Source: an archaeon
GTDB lineage: Archaea > Nanobdellota > Nanobdellia > Woesearchaeales > UBA9642
Direction of reading: 5' to 3'
Assembly: GCA_020057295.1 (NCBI GenBank)
Contig: JAGVGF010000002.1
Coordinates: forward strand, 96,001 to 160,000
DNA length: 64,000 nucleotides
Under the pieces are notes generated by a model that was not told the DNA's origin, searched no databases, and worked only from the letters and a program-made list of their open reading frames with translations. Both the position numbers and the translations under genes were made by a program. Positions 1-9,888 of this stretch are shown piece by piece; the first letter of the stretch is position 1, and every line of letters begins with the position of its first letter.

Positions 1-830
1 CCCCATTTTTGATGGCAATTAAAGCCTATTTTAGATCTCTTGTAAATTTTCTTAACTTCTGACTCTTCCAAATATTCAACTTTTGGTAGTGGATAAAACA
101 AATTTATAAATTTGTAAGCCCATCCTATTACTCCTGATTCTTTTCTAGGATCATATCTTCCGTATAATTTAAATGTAGGAAATTTCTTATATATTTGGTG
201 TAATCTTTTCCATTTCCTCCATTGAATCGCTCCGATATAGACTATGTCGATATCTTTCTCTTTATAATTAATTATTTTATTATCATAATGCTTTGGATTA
301 GGAAATATGGGCATAAATCTTACGTTTTTAACTCCAAAAGATTTTATTTTTTCTTGGATTGTAATGTTTTTGTTGAATTGTACTCCATGACATATAACTT
401 TATCATATTTAGGCGCATAATTTTTTGTTATTAAATATGTATCCTCTGGATCATCAGCAAAATGTGTTATTAGTTGTACTTTGTTATTTCGCAATATTTT
501 TAGATATTTGTCAGAAAATAGGAAATAAGGCATAACCACGTTTTTTATTTTGTTTTTGATTATAAATGAGACGGCATCATCTCCAAATTTTTTATACCAT
601 TCAGCACTATCTGCTTTTTGAAGTGTTCCAACAGGAGTCTTGTGCCCGTTTATTGTCAGAACCTTTGGTATGTTTAAACTCAGATAATTAAAGTATTCGC
701 TCGTCATATAGTATATTGTTAAATCTTTTTCTGAAGATATTTTTTTAAGTTCACTTGTTATTGCTATATTCCATCCAAAAAATATTTTTTTACTTCCGTT
801 GCCAATACTCGAGAATTTATTTATATCCAT
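1..830 (-). CDS. CgeB/Glyco_trans_1_2-like glycosyltransferase (3' end runs off the window)
   Basis: Not in the ORF track. Manual translation from ATG 830: MDINKFSSIG...HFADDPED...DIDIVYIG...YKRSKIGFNCHQKW, open to the window edge. The DDP and SKIGFN motifs are typical of CgeB-like glycosyltransferases, and it lies in a glycan cluster. Confidence 0.7.
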   Translation of the reverse strand, partial: MDINKFSSIGNGSKKIFFGWNIAITSELKKISSEKDLTIYYMTSEYFNYLSLNIPKVLTINGHKTPVGTLQKADSAEWYKKFGDDAVSFIIKNKIKNVVMPYFLFSDKYLKILRNNKVQLITHFADDPEDTYLITKNYAPKYDKVICHGVQFNKNITIQEKIKSFGVKNVRFMPIFPNPKHYDNKIINYKEKDIDIVYIGAIQWRKWKRLHQIYKKFPTFKLYGRYDPRKESGVIGWAYKFINLFYPLPKVEYLEESEVKKIYKRSKIGFNCHQKW

Positions 831-835
831 CACCT

Positions 836-1447
836 TTATTTTTCAGCTATAAGATATACTTCCCATAAAAAGAATCTTAAAGGCGGAAGTCTAAGATATC
901 TTTGACTATTGTTATTAAACATTCTTACTAAGGAATATTTTGATTCTATAATCTTAAAATCAAAATTTTTTACTAGATTAACTAACTGTCCATGAGTACA
1001 CGGTCTTACGTGTGTTTCATCCTCCCAGAAGTACGGGTTGTATGGTGTTGGAGAAAATATGTGTATTTTTCCTCCCTTCTTTAAAATTCTAGCACATTCT
1101 TTTATAAAATGTATTTGTTCATACGTTCCCATATGTTCTAAAATATGTGCACAGTAAATTGCATCAAACATTTTATTGTTATATGGTATTTTTTCCTTTG
1201 AAACATCGCATTTTTTTACTATAAGTTTTTTCTTTCTACAAATATTTAAAAAGTAGTCATTATAATCTAATCCGTAATATTCTGCCTTTTTTTTGATAAT
1301 ATGTTCGGAAAGAGAACCGTTTGCACAACCAATGTCTAATACTTTCATTCCTGGAGAAATGTTGTCTAGTAATTTTTTAATTCTCCAATTAGGTTTTTTT
1401 TGTTTTACTGATATATCCTTTCTTTCAACATAATATTTAAGGTTCAT
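836..1447 (-). CDS. Class I SAM-dependent methyltransferase (glycan-associated)
   Basis: VLDIGCANG motif I, FDAIYCAHILEH, RILKKGG. Confidence 0.9.
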   Translation of the reverse strand: MNLKYYVERKDISVKQKKPNWRIKKLLDNISPGMKVLDIGCANGSLSEHIIKKKAEYYGLDYNDYFLNICRKKKLIVKKCDVSKEKIPYNNKMFDAIYCAHILEHMGTYEQIHFIKECARILKKGGKIHIFSPTPYNPYFWEDETHVRPCTHGQLVNLVKNFDFKIIESKYSLVRMFNNNSQRYLRLPPLRFFLWEVYLIAEK

Positions 1448-1491
1448 TGTATACTCCTCAAGTTTTATTTTAAATAGTTATTGTTTTTTTT

Positions 1492-2970
1492 CTAGTTACG
1501 CATTTGTGTTATATAACTCATTATCTCTTTCAGATTTATTATCTTACATAGGAATAATATTATAATATAAGTTAATATGCTTATAGCTGCTAGGCATCCA
1601 AAATATATTATTCCTGATCCGATGTATATTTTTTGTATAACTATACCTGATATAATTGTTAGGAAAGCTGCTACAGATGTTATTGCCCATTGTCTTATAG
1701 GTGAATTTATATCTAATATTTTTTTTAGTAATTGTGTAGATAATATTGCCGAGAAAATCACACTTATCATAGTTGCTACCGCAGCACCAACAATATCGTA
1801 TTTTGGAATAAGTATAAAATTTAATATTATATTCATAACGGCAGCGTATATCATTATTTTTACGAAGTGTTTTGTATGACCTGTTGCCGAAGTTATCATA
1901 TTGTTTATACTGGTTATTGTAGAGAATAACATTGCTACAGATAAAACTTTCAAAACTGTTACAGCACCAAGATATTTTTGGCCAAATAATATATTTATAA
2001 GTAATTCGGGGAATAAAAACAATATTATTGTAATAAGTGCTGATGCGATAAAAAAATATTTTTGTATTAGAACTATCCCTTGATTAAGGGTTGATTTCTT
2101 TTTTTTCTTATACAATTCAGAAATCATAGGGTAAGCGACTGCAAATAACACTGGTATAAAATAAGTTACTAATGTGGCAATTGGAAGTGCTGCTTGATAT
2201 ATTCCTACGGACTCTAAACCTTTAAAGTATGTTAACATCAAAGTGTCTGTTTGGGTAAGTACTAATCCGATCATGCTTGTGATTGCAATATAAAATCCGT
2301 ATTTGAATATTTTTTTGAATAAAATAGGATCAAACTTAGTTTTTATTTTGAAAAATTCTGGAAAAATTATTTTTATAAATGGGAAATACACCACAAGTAA
2401 AGTTATATTCATAGAAAGATACGCTAAGAACGGACTTATTCTACCGATGTGTAAATATAAAAATAAAAGCGTAAATGCTATAGCACTTATTTGGCGTAAT
2501 AGTTCCATAGAAGAATTTAAGGCAGGTTTTTGAAATCCTAAAAATAAATTTGTAAAAAACATTGTTATGGGGACAGTTATAAACCATAAACTCATTATAA
2601 TAAAAGATGTGGTGTCTGTTATATGAAATATTTTTGGTAATAAATATGGCGATAATATAAATAGAATAATACTAATAATTATAGATACTGCTGTTTGAAA
2701 ATAGAAAGAGTACACTATTATGCTCTTTATATCTCTTTTTCTTTTTTCTATTTTGAAATCAACTATGTGCTTAGAAACTGCTTGCATTAATCCTAAATCT
2801 GTAAATATCATAAAGATAGAAAAGAAGGCATAAAATGCATAAAATAAACCATATTCTGCAACAGTTAAGTTTCTAGCTAAAACTAATCTGAATAAATAAG
2901 CCGCTATGGAAGCGAAAATTGTTATCACAAAAACTATACTTATTCCTCTTAGTGCCTTCTTTAAATACAT
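1492..2970 (-). CDS. Wzx/RfbX-type oligosaccharide flippase
   Basis: About 12-14 hydrophobic segments; LARNLTVAEYG, TDTLML...VGIYQAA, LIPKYDIVGAAVAT. Confidence 0.9.
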   Translation of the reverse strand: MYLKKALRGISIVFVITIFASIAAYLFRLVLARNLTVAEYGLFYAFYAFFSIFMIFTDLGLMQAVSKHIVDFKIEKRKRDIKSIIVYSFYFQTAVSIIISIILFILSPYLLPKIFHITDTTSFIIMSLWFITVPITMFFTNLFLGFQKPALNSSMELLRQISAIAFTLLFLYLHIGRISPFLAYLSMNITLLVVYFPFIKIIFPEFFKIKTKFDPILFKKIFKYGFYIAITSMIGLVLTQTDTLMLTYFKGLESVGIYQAALPIATLVTYFIPVLFAVAYPMISELYKKKKKSTLNQGIVLIQKYFFIASALITIILFLFPELLINILFGQKYLGAVTVLKVLSVAMLFSTITSINNMITSATGHTKHFVKIMIYAAVMNIILNFILIPKYDIVGAAVATMISVIFSAILSTQLLKKILDINSPIRQWAITSVAAFLTIISGIVIQKIYIGSGIIYFGCLAAISILTYIIILFLCKIINLKEIMSYITQMRN

Positions 2971-3079
2971 GAATTAGCAGGATATTTTTGGGTTTTTAAA
3001 TCTTGTTAACTTTTGCTCTTATATTCCTCGTTTTATGGAAGATTGATTCACTAAATTAATAAATGCTTATTTTAGCTTT

Positions 3080-4267
3080 ATGTATGTGAAAAAGCCTGAT
3101 AGTACCAAAAAAATTAAAGTCATCTGGATGGTTCATTGGCCTAATCCCATATACACTAATATTGCTAATAAATTAGGAAAAAAAGTTGACTTGACACTAG
3201 TTTTTCTAGATTATCATAAGGAAACAAATTTTTCAAAAAATAATTATACAGCTAAATTTTTGCCTTTTATAAAAAAACCTTTTAACATAATATTTTTTCC
3301 ATATTATATAACGGCATGGTTTCATAAATTAAATTTGGATTTGCCTTTATTATTTTATTATACTAATTTGGATAAATATTTGGATTCTCAGAAACCTGAT
3401 GTTGTAATATCTAATTTATGGTATGAGCCTGGTACTGTGCAAGCTGCAATGTGGTGTAAAAAAAATCATGTATCATTAATTCTACAGGATGAAACACAAC
3501 GATGGCCAACCAACAATGTTGCAAGATTTGGAACAAAAATAATATCTAAAATTTTAAAGAATGTTCTATTCAGGCAGTCTAGTTACATTCTTCCTTGGAC
3601 TAAAGACGGAGTAGATTTTGTAAAAAAGAATTTTACGCTAGATGCAAAAAAAGTGTTATTATTACCAGCGGGAATCGATACGAAATTATTTTATCCTATA
3701 TCTGTTAAAAAAAATTCTACGTCACTAAATTTATTATTAGTTGCCAGAATGGCTCCGTTTAAAAGACATGTGGATGCGCTTCTTGCCATGAATTATCTAA
3801 AAGAAAAAAATAACATTAATGTCAAATTAAGTTTATTAGGAAGTGGAGTTGAAAAACTAGTACTTGAGAAAAAAATAAAAGAATTACACCTGGAGAATTC
3901 TGTTCACATAATAGACGGTGTTCCTTATACAGAGATGAAAAAGTTATTTTGCAAACATGACATATTGATACTTCCTAGTTTCAACGAGGCTATTGGCATG
4001 GTGGTTCCGGAAGCTATGGCTTGTGGTTTACCTGCGATAATTTCTGATACTTGCGGAGCTAAAACATATATTCAAGATGGAGAAAATGGTTTCATATTCA
4101 AAACTTATGATTATAAAGATTTAGCAGAAAAGATATTACTTTTATCGGATAATAATCTTAGAAAAAAATTTAGTGAAAACGCTGAAAAAAATATTAAAGA
4201 TAATTTTGATGTTGATGTTATTGCAGAGAAATTAAATAAAATAATAAAACAAAGCATAAAAAAATAG
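3080..4267 (+). CDS. GT4 family glycosyltransferase
   Basis: GIDTKLF, ARMAPFKR, PSFNEAIGMVVPEAMACGLP (E-x7-E motif). Confidence 0.92.
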   Translation: MYVKKPDSTKKIKVIWMVHWPNPIYTNIANKLGKKVDLTLVFLDYHKETNFSKNNYTAKFLPFIKKPFNIIFFPYYITAWFHKLNLDLPLLFYYTNLDKYLDSQKPDVVISNLWYEPGTVQAAMWCKKNHVSLILQDETQRWPTNNVARFGTKIISKILKNVLFRQSSYILPWTKDGVDFVKKNFTLDAKKVLLLPAGIDTKLFYPISVKKNSTSLNLLLVARMAPFKRHVDALLAMNYLKEKNNINVKLSLLGSGVEKLVLEKKIKELHLENSVHIIDGVPYTEMKKLFCKHDILILPSFNEAIGMVVPEAMACGLPAIISDTCGAKTYIQDGENGFIFKTYDYKDLAEKILLLSDNNLRKKFSENAEKNIKDNFDVDVIAEKLNKIIKQSIKK

Positions 4268-5200
4268 TTAAATAGCTCTTTTGTACCATTCTATCGTTTC
4301 TTTTAATCCTTCTTCGAATGTTTTTATTGGCTCGTATCCTATAAGTTCTTTGGCTTTCGTTATCTGTGCTTTAGAATGTTTTATATCTCCTTTTCTGTGT
4401 GGTACATATTGTGGTACTATGCTTGTTCCAAGATGTTTATTTATCATTTCTATTAATTGATTGAGTGTTACGCTTGAGCCGCAAGCTATGTTTATTACTT
4501 CTCCTGCACCTTTATGGCTCTTGGAAGCTAAAATGTTTGCATGTACATTATTTGCTACATACGTGAAGTCTCTAGATGTTTCGCCATCACCATATATTGT
4601 TGGCTGTTCTCCTCTCATTATCATTGTGATAAATTTTGGTATAACGGCAGCATATTCGCTATTGGGATTTTGATACGGTCCAAATACATTAAAATATCTT
4701 AGTGATATTGTTTCTAAACCGTATAGTTGATAGAATTGTCTCGCATATACTTCACCAGTTTGTTTTGTTAATGCATAAGGTGATAATGGTGACGCTGGCA
4801 GATTTTCATGTTTAAATTCTACATTTGCATCACCATATGCAGAACTTGATGCAGCATAAACAACTCTTTTTACTCCTTGATCTCTTGCCGCTAATAATAC
4901 ATTTAATGTTCCTGTTGCATTATTATGATGACTTGCCATAGGATCAGCTATAGACCTTGGTACTGATGGTAAAGCTGCTTGATGTAACACATAATCTGCT
5001 CCCTTAAATTTCTCTTGTAGTAAAGCTAAATTCGTTATATCTCCTTCAATAAAATCTATTTTGTTCATTACGTTCTTTAAATTGTCTTTTCTACCAGTTA
5101 GCAAATTATCAATTACAGTAACTTCTTCTCCTAATTCTACTAATTTTCTGACAATATTTGAACCTATAAATCCTGCTCCACCAGTAACAATATATTTCAT
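4268..5200 (-). CDS. NAD-dependent UDP-GlcNAc(A) 4-epimerase, WbpP/TviC-like extended SDR
   Basis: TGGAGFIGS, HQAALPSVPRS, YALTK (YxxxK), LRYFNVFGP. Confidence 0.9.
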   Translation of the reverse strand: MKYIVTGGAGFIGSNIVRKLVELGEEVTVIDNLLTGRKDNLKNVMNKIDFIEGDITNLALLQEKFKGADYVLHQAALPSVPRSIADPMASHHNNATGTLNVLLAARDQGVKRVVYAASSSAYGDANVEFKHENLPASPLSPYALTKQTGEVYARQFYQLYGLETISLRYFNVFGPYQNPNSEYAAVIPKFITMIMRGEQPTIYGDGETSRDFTYVANNVHANILASKSHKGAGEVINIACGSSVTLNQLIEMINKHLGTSIVPQYVPHRKGDIKHSKAQITKAKELIGYEPIKTFEEGLKETIEWYKRAI

Positions 5201-5209
5201 TTTATCACC

Positions 5210-6490
5210 TTATAGTCTTATATAATTGTATTTATTTTTTAAAGCTTCGTTTTTATCGTAGTATCCTTTTACATCCACAAACAATTTCTCTCCGTTAAAA
5301 AATTTATCGTAGTCCTTAAATGTCATATTTGCAAATTCTTTGTGTGGAACTGTTAATATTATTCCGTCCACTTTTCCAACTTCTGATAATGAGATATTTT
5401 TTACTCCGAATTCTTCTTCATCAATTTCTTCTTGTGTAAGATACGGATCGTGTGCTATAATGTCTACACCATAGTTTCTTAACTCTTCGATTATATCTTT
5501 AGTTTTACTATTTCTATGGTCTCTTACGTTTTCTTTGAATGTCAATCCTAGAATAAGTACTTTGGATCCTTTAATTGGTTTACCTATTTTGTTTAATCCC
5601 TTAACTGTTAATTCTGCAACGTGCTCGCCCATGCTATCGTTTATTGCTCTTCCGGCAAGTATTATTTGTGGCGTATATCCTAATTCTTGTGCCTTATGTG
5701 TTAAGTAGTATGGATCTACACCAATACAGTGTCCTCCTACCAATCCTGGAGTGTATTTATGAAAATTCCATTTTGTTCCAGCAGCATTTAATACTTCTTT
5801 TAAGTCTATATTCATCTTATTAAATATTAATGATAATTCATTCATTAGTGCAATATTTAAGTCTCTTTGAATATTCTCAATTACTTTTGCAGCTTCTGCA
5901 ACCTTGATGTTTTCTGCTCTATAAATCTTTGTAAAACTTCCATACACTTTTGCAATAATTTCTAAACTTTCAGCATCTATTCCAGAAACTATTTTTGTGA
6001 TTCTGTCAATGGTGTGTTCTTTATCTCCCGGGTTAACTCTTTCAGGACTATAACCTATCTTCCAATCTATTACACATTTCAATCCAGAATTTTTCTCAAT
6101 TATAGGAATGCAAATATCTTCTGTAACTCCAGGATATACTGTGCTCTCATAAACAACTATGCTTCCTTTGCTGATATATTTTCCGACGGTTTCAGAGGCT
6201 TTAATTACAAGTGTTAAATCAGGAGTTTTAGCTTTAGTAATCGGTGTTGGAATAGCTACAATAACAAAGTTAGATTCAGTGATTGATTTCGGATCTGTCG
6301 TGTAGATTATTTTAGAATTTTTTAGTTCTGATGCAGTCATTTCTCCCATAGGATCGATTCCTTGTTTCAGTGCATCTATTTTTTTCTGGTTTATATCAAA
6401 TCCACTTACTGGAAAATGTTTCGAAAGATTTATCGCTAATGGTAAGCCGACATATCCCATTCCTACGATACAAACCCTAATATTATCCAT
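5210..6490 (-). CDS. UDP-N-acetylhexosamine 6-dehydrogenase, WbpO/TviB-like
   Basis: GMGYVGLP, ESTVYPGVTE, SPERVNPGD, GGHCIGVDPYY. Confidence 0.93.
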   Translation of the reverse strand: MDNIRVCIVGMGYVGLPLAINLSKHFPVSGFDINQKKIDALKQGIDPMGEMTASELKNSKIIYTTDPKSITESNFVIVAIPTPITKAKTPDLTLVIKASETVGKYISKGSIVVYESTVYPGVTEDICIPIIEKNSGLKCVIDWKIGYSPERVNPGDKEHTIDRITKIVSGIDAESLEIIAKVYGSFTKIYRAENIKVAEAAKVIENIQRDLNIALMNELSLIFNKMNIDLKEVLNAAGTKWNFHKYTPGLVGGHCIGVDPYYLTHKAQELGYTPQIILAGRAINDSMGEHVAELTVKGLNKIGKPIKGSKVLILGLTFKENVRDHRNSKTKDIIEELRNYGVDIIAHDPYLTQEEIDEEEFGVKNISLSEVGKVDGIILTVPHKEFANMTFKDYDKFFNGEKLFVDVKGYYDKNEALKNKYNYIRL

Positions 6491-6586
6491 AAAATCACCT
6501 TGCTATTGAGATAGTGTGGTATTATAAAAACATATCTGAGTAAAAATACATAAAAACGAAGAATTTAAATATATAAATCTGTTTTT

Positions 6587-7624
6587 ATGTATATTATGAT
6601 TAAACTAGACTTAAAAGATAAGAAAATATTATTTATGCTTAGTAATGACGCTAGCCTTAATTATTCGAAAATTGCTAAACATCTACGAATGTCTAGAGAT
6701 GTTGTTGTCAATAGAATTAAGAAACTTGAACAAGAAGGCATAATTAAAGCATACAAACTCGGATTAAACTATAAATTATTAGGATATGACGAATATGATG
6801 TGTACATAAAATTAGTTGGTGTGAATGCAAAGATACAGCAAGAAATAATACATGAATTCGAATCGAACAAATATGTTAGTTGGATTGGCTCATGTTTTGG
6901 AAATTATGATTTAAGAATAAGTATCCAAGCAAAAACTAACGAACAAGCACTAATTGTGATATCACATATTTTATCTAAATATCGTGATCATGTTCAAGAC
7001 CAAGAGATAGTATCTCTAACTAAAAAATATAAATTAAATGCTGAAGTGTTTGTCGTTGATTTATTCAAGGAATTAAAAGAGTTTAAAATTCCGGAAAAAC
7101 GACTTAAACGAATCGATGTACCCGGAAAAATTTCTTTAGACAAGGAAGATAGAGAATTAATTAAAATACTTAATTCTAACCCTACTGCCTCTTTGGTTAA
7201 TATTGCTGCAAAAATTGGGATGACTCCTGAAGGTGTAAAATATAAAATTACACGTCTTAAAGAACAAGGCGTAATAACAAGAATTTATGCGATAATTGAT
7301 GGTAATAAGTTAGATAGAATGTGGTGTACATTTGTATTCAAAATTAATATTAATGAAGATTTAGAAAAAGAAGTCGAATCTTATTTACTATCAATGAAAA
7401 ATGCAACAGCTGCTGTAAGACTTATGGGTAAATGGGATTTAGGATTAACTATATATGCTCCATCAATACGTGAAATTAACGAAGTTTTGAATGGCTTTAA
7501 AAATAAATTTAAGGATCACATCAAAGATTACGATGCGTTAATAATAATGGATATTTACAAGTATCCGCATATAGCTGAGGGTGTGCTTGAAGATAAACTT
7601 GTGAATAAACAAAAACCTTTATAA
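6587..7624 (+). CDS. Tandem (duplicated) Lrp/AsnC-family transcriptional regulator
   Basis: Two LDxxDxxI/L wHTH + RAM units (KLDLKDKKIL... and SLDKEDRELI...). Confidence 0.88.
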   Translation: MYIMIKLDLKDKKILFMLSNDASLNYSKIAKHLRMSRDVVVNRIKKLEQEGIIKAYKLGLNYKLLGYDEYDVYIKLVGVNAKIQQEIIHEFESNKYVSWIGSCFGNYDLRISIQAKTNEQALIVISHILSKYRDHVQDQEIVSLTKKYKLNAEVFVVDLFKELKEFKIPEKRLKRIDVPGKISLDKEDRELIKILNSNPTASLVNIAAKIGMTPEGVKYKITRLKEQGVITRIYAIIDGNKLDRMWCTFVFKININEDLEKEVESYLLSMKNATAAVRLMGKWDLGLTIYAPSIREINEVLNGFKNKFKDHIKDYDALIIMDIYKYPHIAEGVLEDKLVNKQKPL

Positions 7625-7627
7625 ATA
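7611..7627 (+). promoter_or_regulatory. BRE/TATA promoter of the 5S rRNA gene
   Basis: aaaaacc-tttataaata, about 25 nt upstream of the 5S 5' end; overlaps the Lrp stop codon. Confidence 0.65.
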
Positions 7628-7646
7628 AACTTTTGTTCCTATCTAT

Positions 7647-7760
7647 TGAACGGCCATAGCAGATTGGTTACACCCGATCCCATCTCGAACTCGGAAGTTA
7701 AGCAATCTCACGTTTCGTTGTGTACTGCACTCACGTGTGGGAAATTCGATTCGCTGTTCA
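7647..7760 (+). rRNA. rrf: 5S ribosomal RNA (unlinked)
   Basis: cggccatagc...acacccgatcccatctcgaactcggaagttaag is the conserved 5S core; terminal helix tgaacgg/ctgttca; followed by a T-run. Confidence 0.95.
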
Positions 7761-7872
7761 CCTTTTTTTATAATTCTAATATTACATTAAATTCTAATCA
7801 TACCTATTCCTATTTTTGTTCTTTAACAAACTATATAAATAATTATTTACTTCGTAATAGTAAGGTTAAATC

Positions 7873-8421
7873 ATGGCACCAAAGATTGAGTATATATCTG
7901 ATTTATTAGTAATTGAACCAGAAGTTTTTTCAGATGATAGGGGAGAGTTTCTAGAAACGTATAATGAAGAAAGATATTTAAGACTTGGAATTCCTAAGTT
8001 AGTACAATTTAATCAATCTTACTCAAAAAGAGGAGTTCTACGCGGGTTACATTATCAAATAGCTCCACACGCTCAGGGAAAACTTGTTAGCGTAGTTTCT
8101 GGAAACGTGCAAGATGTTGCTGTAGATTTAAGATTATCTTCAGAAACTTTTTTAAGATATTTTGTTACAGAATTATCAGGAGAAAATAAGAAACAAGTAT
8201 GGATTCCTCCAGGATTCGCACACGGATTTTTAGTACAGTCGGATGGTGCCGTATTTCAGTACGGCTGTTCAAACTATTATAGTAAAGAACATGAAAGAGG
8301 AATTATTTGGAATGATCCACAATTAAATGTTCCTTGGAACATAACTTGTATTGATGTGAATTGTTTGTCTGATAAAGATAAAGTTTGGCCATCATTAAAA
8401 AATGCAAAAGATTTTTTTTGA
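7873..8421 (+). CDS. rmlC: dTDP-4-dehydrorhamnose 3,5-epimerase
   Basis: DDRGEFLE, GVLRGLHYQ, QGKLV, WIPPGFAHGF, LSDKD. Confidence 0.95.
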   Translation: MAPKIEYISDLLVIEPEVFSDDRGEFLETYNEERYLRLGIPKLVQFNQSYSKRGVLRGLHYQIAPHAQGKLVSVVSGNVQDVAVDLRLSSETFLRYFVTELSGENKKQVWIPPGFAHGFLVQSDGAVFQYGCSNYYSKEHERGIIWNDPQLNVPWNITCIDVNCLSDKDKVWPSLKNAKDFF

Positions 8422-8437
8422 GTAAAACTTTAGTTAT

Positions 8438-8608
8438 TTAACTCATCCATTCTTCAAATTTTTTTTGAGCTAGATTTATGTCTGTGTAAATTCTTGTTTC
8501 ATGTTGATTAATAATTTTTATCTCTCTCTGCACTAAATAAAAAATATTGTGGCCTTTCTGTACCTCAGAAATTTTCACTTCCCAGTTTTTCTTGTTAAAA
8601 GGCCACAT
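8438..8608 (-). CDS. Small hypothetical protein (56 aa)
   Basis: Manual translation MWPFNKKNWEVKISEVQKGHNIFYLVQREIKIINQHETRIYTDINLAQKKFEEWMS*. Fills the gap, co-oriented with 8632..8877; below the ORF-track cutoff. Confidence 0.55.
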   Translation of the reverse strand: MWPFNKKNWEVKISEVQKGHNIFYLVQREIKIINQHETRIYTDINLAQKKFEEWMS

Positions 8609-8631
8609 TTTATTTTGGGGTTGATTAAGAA

Positions 8632-8877
8632 TTACGCCACGCTCTCTTTTAAGTATTCTCTACCTTCCTTTATTATATTCTTTATATCGTCGTCAGTTAA
8701 TTCTTCCTCAGTAACTTTAATGCTGTTAGCAAGTACTGCTCTATAATAGTCTGTAGGCATTATGTGTGTAATTATGGTTCTATGTATTAAGAACCTGCCA
8801 TTCTTGCTTGTTGTTATTTTACTCTCAATTATTGGCATCTTTTTCAGATGTTTTTCTCTCTTATTGCTTAATCCCAT
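8632..8877 (-). CDS. Small hypothetical protein (81 aa)
   Basis: GGAGG RBS upstream; protein-like composition (MPIIESKITTSKNGRFLIHRTIITHI). Confidence 0.7.
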   Translation of the reverse strand: MGLSNKREKHLKKMPIIESKITTSKNGRFLIHRTIITHIMPTDYYRAVLANSIKVTEEELTDDDIKNIIKEGREYLKESVA

Positions 8878-8987
8878 ACAATCAATCCTCCATAATTTTT
8901 GATTGATTTATAGAATTAAATATTTTTAATAAGTCTATCTAGAAAAAATTCGTAAAATATACGTTAAGAATGAAAAATTTACGATAC

Positions 8988-9884
8988 TTATTCTTTTTTA
9001 ACTAATTTTGCAATGAAAAATCCTTCAGTATCTGTTTTTTCTGGCCAGAATCTCTTACATTTAGAAATTTCAGGATTTAATTTTTTATCAAATATTTTTG
9101 TTAGTCCAGAATCGCCAATTTTTAATCCTGTTTCTTCTAGCTTCATCTCAGGATATTTCGACAACACCCAATCTATATTCATCTCATTTTCTTCAGGCTC
9201 TAAAGAACATGTGCTATATACTAATGTTCCTCCTTTTTTTAACACTTTAATTGCTGCCTTTAATAATTCTTTTTGCAATCTAGATCTTTCTCTGATTCCA
9301 TCAACACTCTTCTTTAAGAAAAAATCCTCTTCAATAATATAATTACCAGAACATGGTGCATCTAGTAACACTCGATCAAATTCTAGTTTAAGATCAAATA
9401 CAAATCTAGCATCCTTCTTGTACAATATCATGTTATTGATACCACATCTTTCAAGATTATTTCTTAAGGCAAATAATCTCCTAGGATTAGAATCTAATGC
9501 TACAATCATGCCCTTATTATTCATGTATTGTCCAATTTGTGTAGTCTTACTACCAGGAGCGGCACACATGTCTAGAATTTTTTCACCAGGCTTCGGATCA
9601 AGTACTTGTGCAGGAAGTTGTGATGCTGCTTCCTGAAGATAATAAAAGCCTTGTAGATACTCTGAAGTTGCTCCGAGTGAGAATTTTGATTCATAATAAT
9701 ATCCGAAATCTGTATAAGATATTTTTTCGAGTTTAACATTTAAATTTTTAAGTCGAGAAACTATCTCTTTTTCTTCAATCTTCAAAGTATTAACGCGAAG
9801 TGATGGTTTAAGTGTGATTATTTTACAACTACAACCAAGGGCATTATATCTTTTAACCAATGTATTATTTAATGGAATTTTCAT
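8988..9884 (-). CDS. RsmB/RsmF/NOP2-family RNA m5C methyltransferase
   Basis: QEAASQLP, LDMCAAPGSKT, LLDAPCSG, YSTCSLEPEENE. Confidence 0.95.
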   Translation of the reverse strand: MKIPLNNTLVKRYNALGCSCKIITLKPSLRVNTLKIEEKEIVSRLKNLNVKLEKISYTDFGYYYESKFSLGATSEYLQGFYYLQEAASQLPAQVLDPKPGEKILDMCAAPGSKTTQIGQYMNNKGMIVALDSNPRRLFALRNNLERCGINNMILYKKDARFVFDLKLEFDRVLLDAPCSGNYIIEEDFFLKKSVDGIRERSRLQKELLKAAIKVLKKGGTLVYSTCSLEPEENEMNIDWVLSKYPEMKLEETGLKIGDSGLTKIFDKKLNPEISKCKRFWPEKTDTEGFFIAKLVKKE

Positions 9885-9888
9885 TTTT

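Noticed and set aside
7646-7909. 87-aa ORF in the track
   Set aside because: It overlaps the clear 5S rRNA gene and the rmlC start, so it is spurious.
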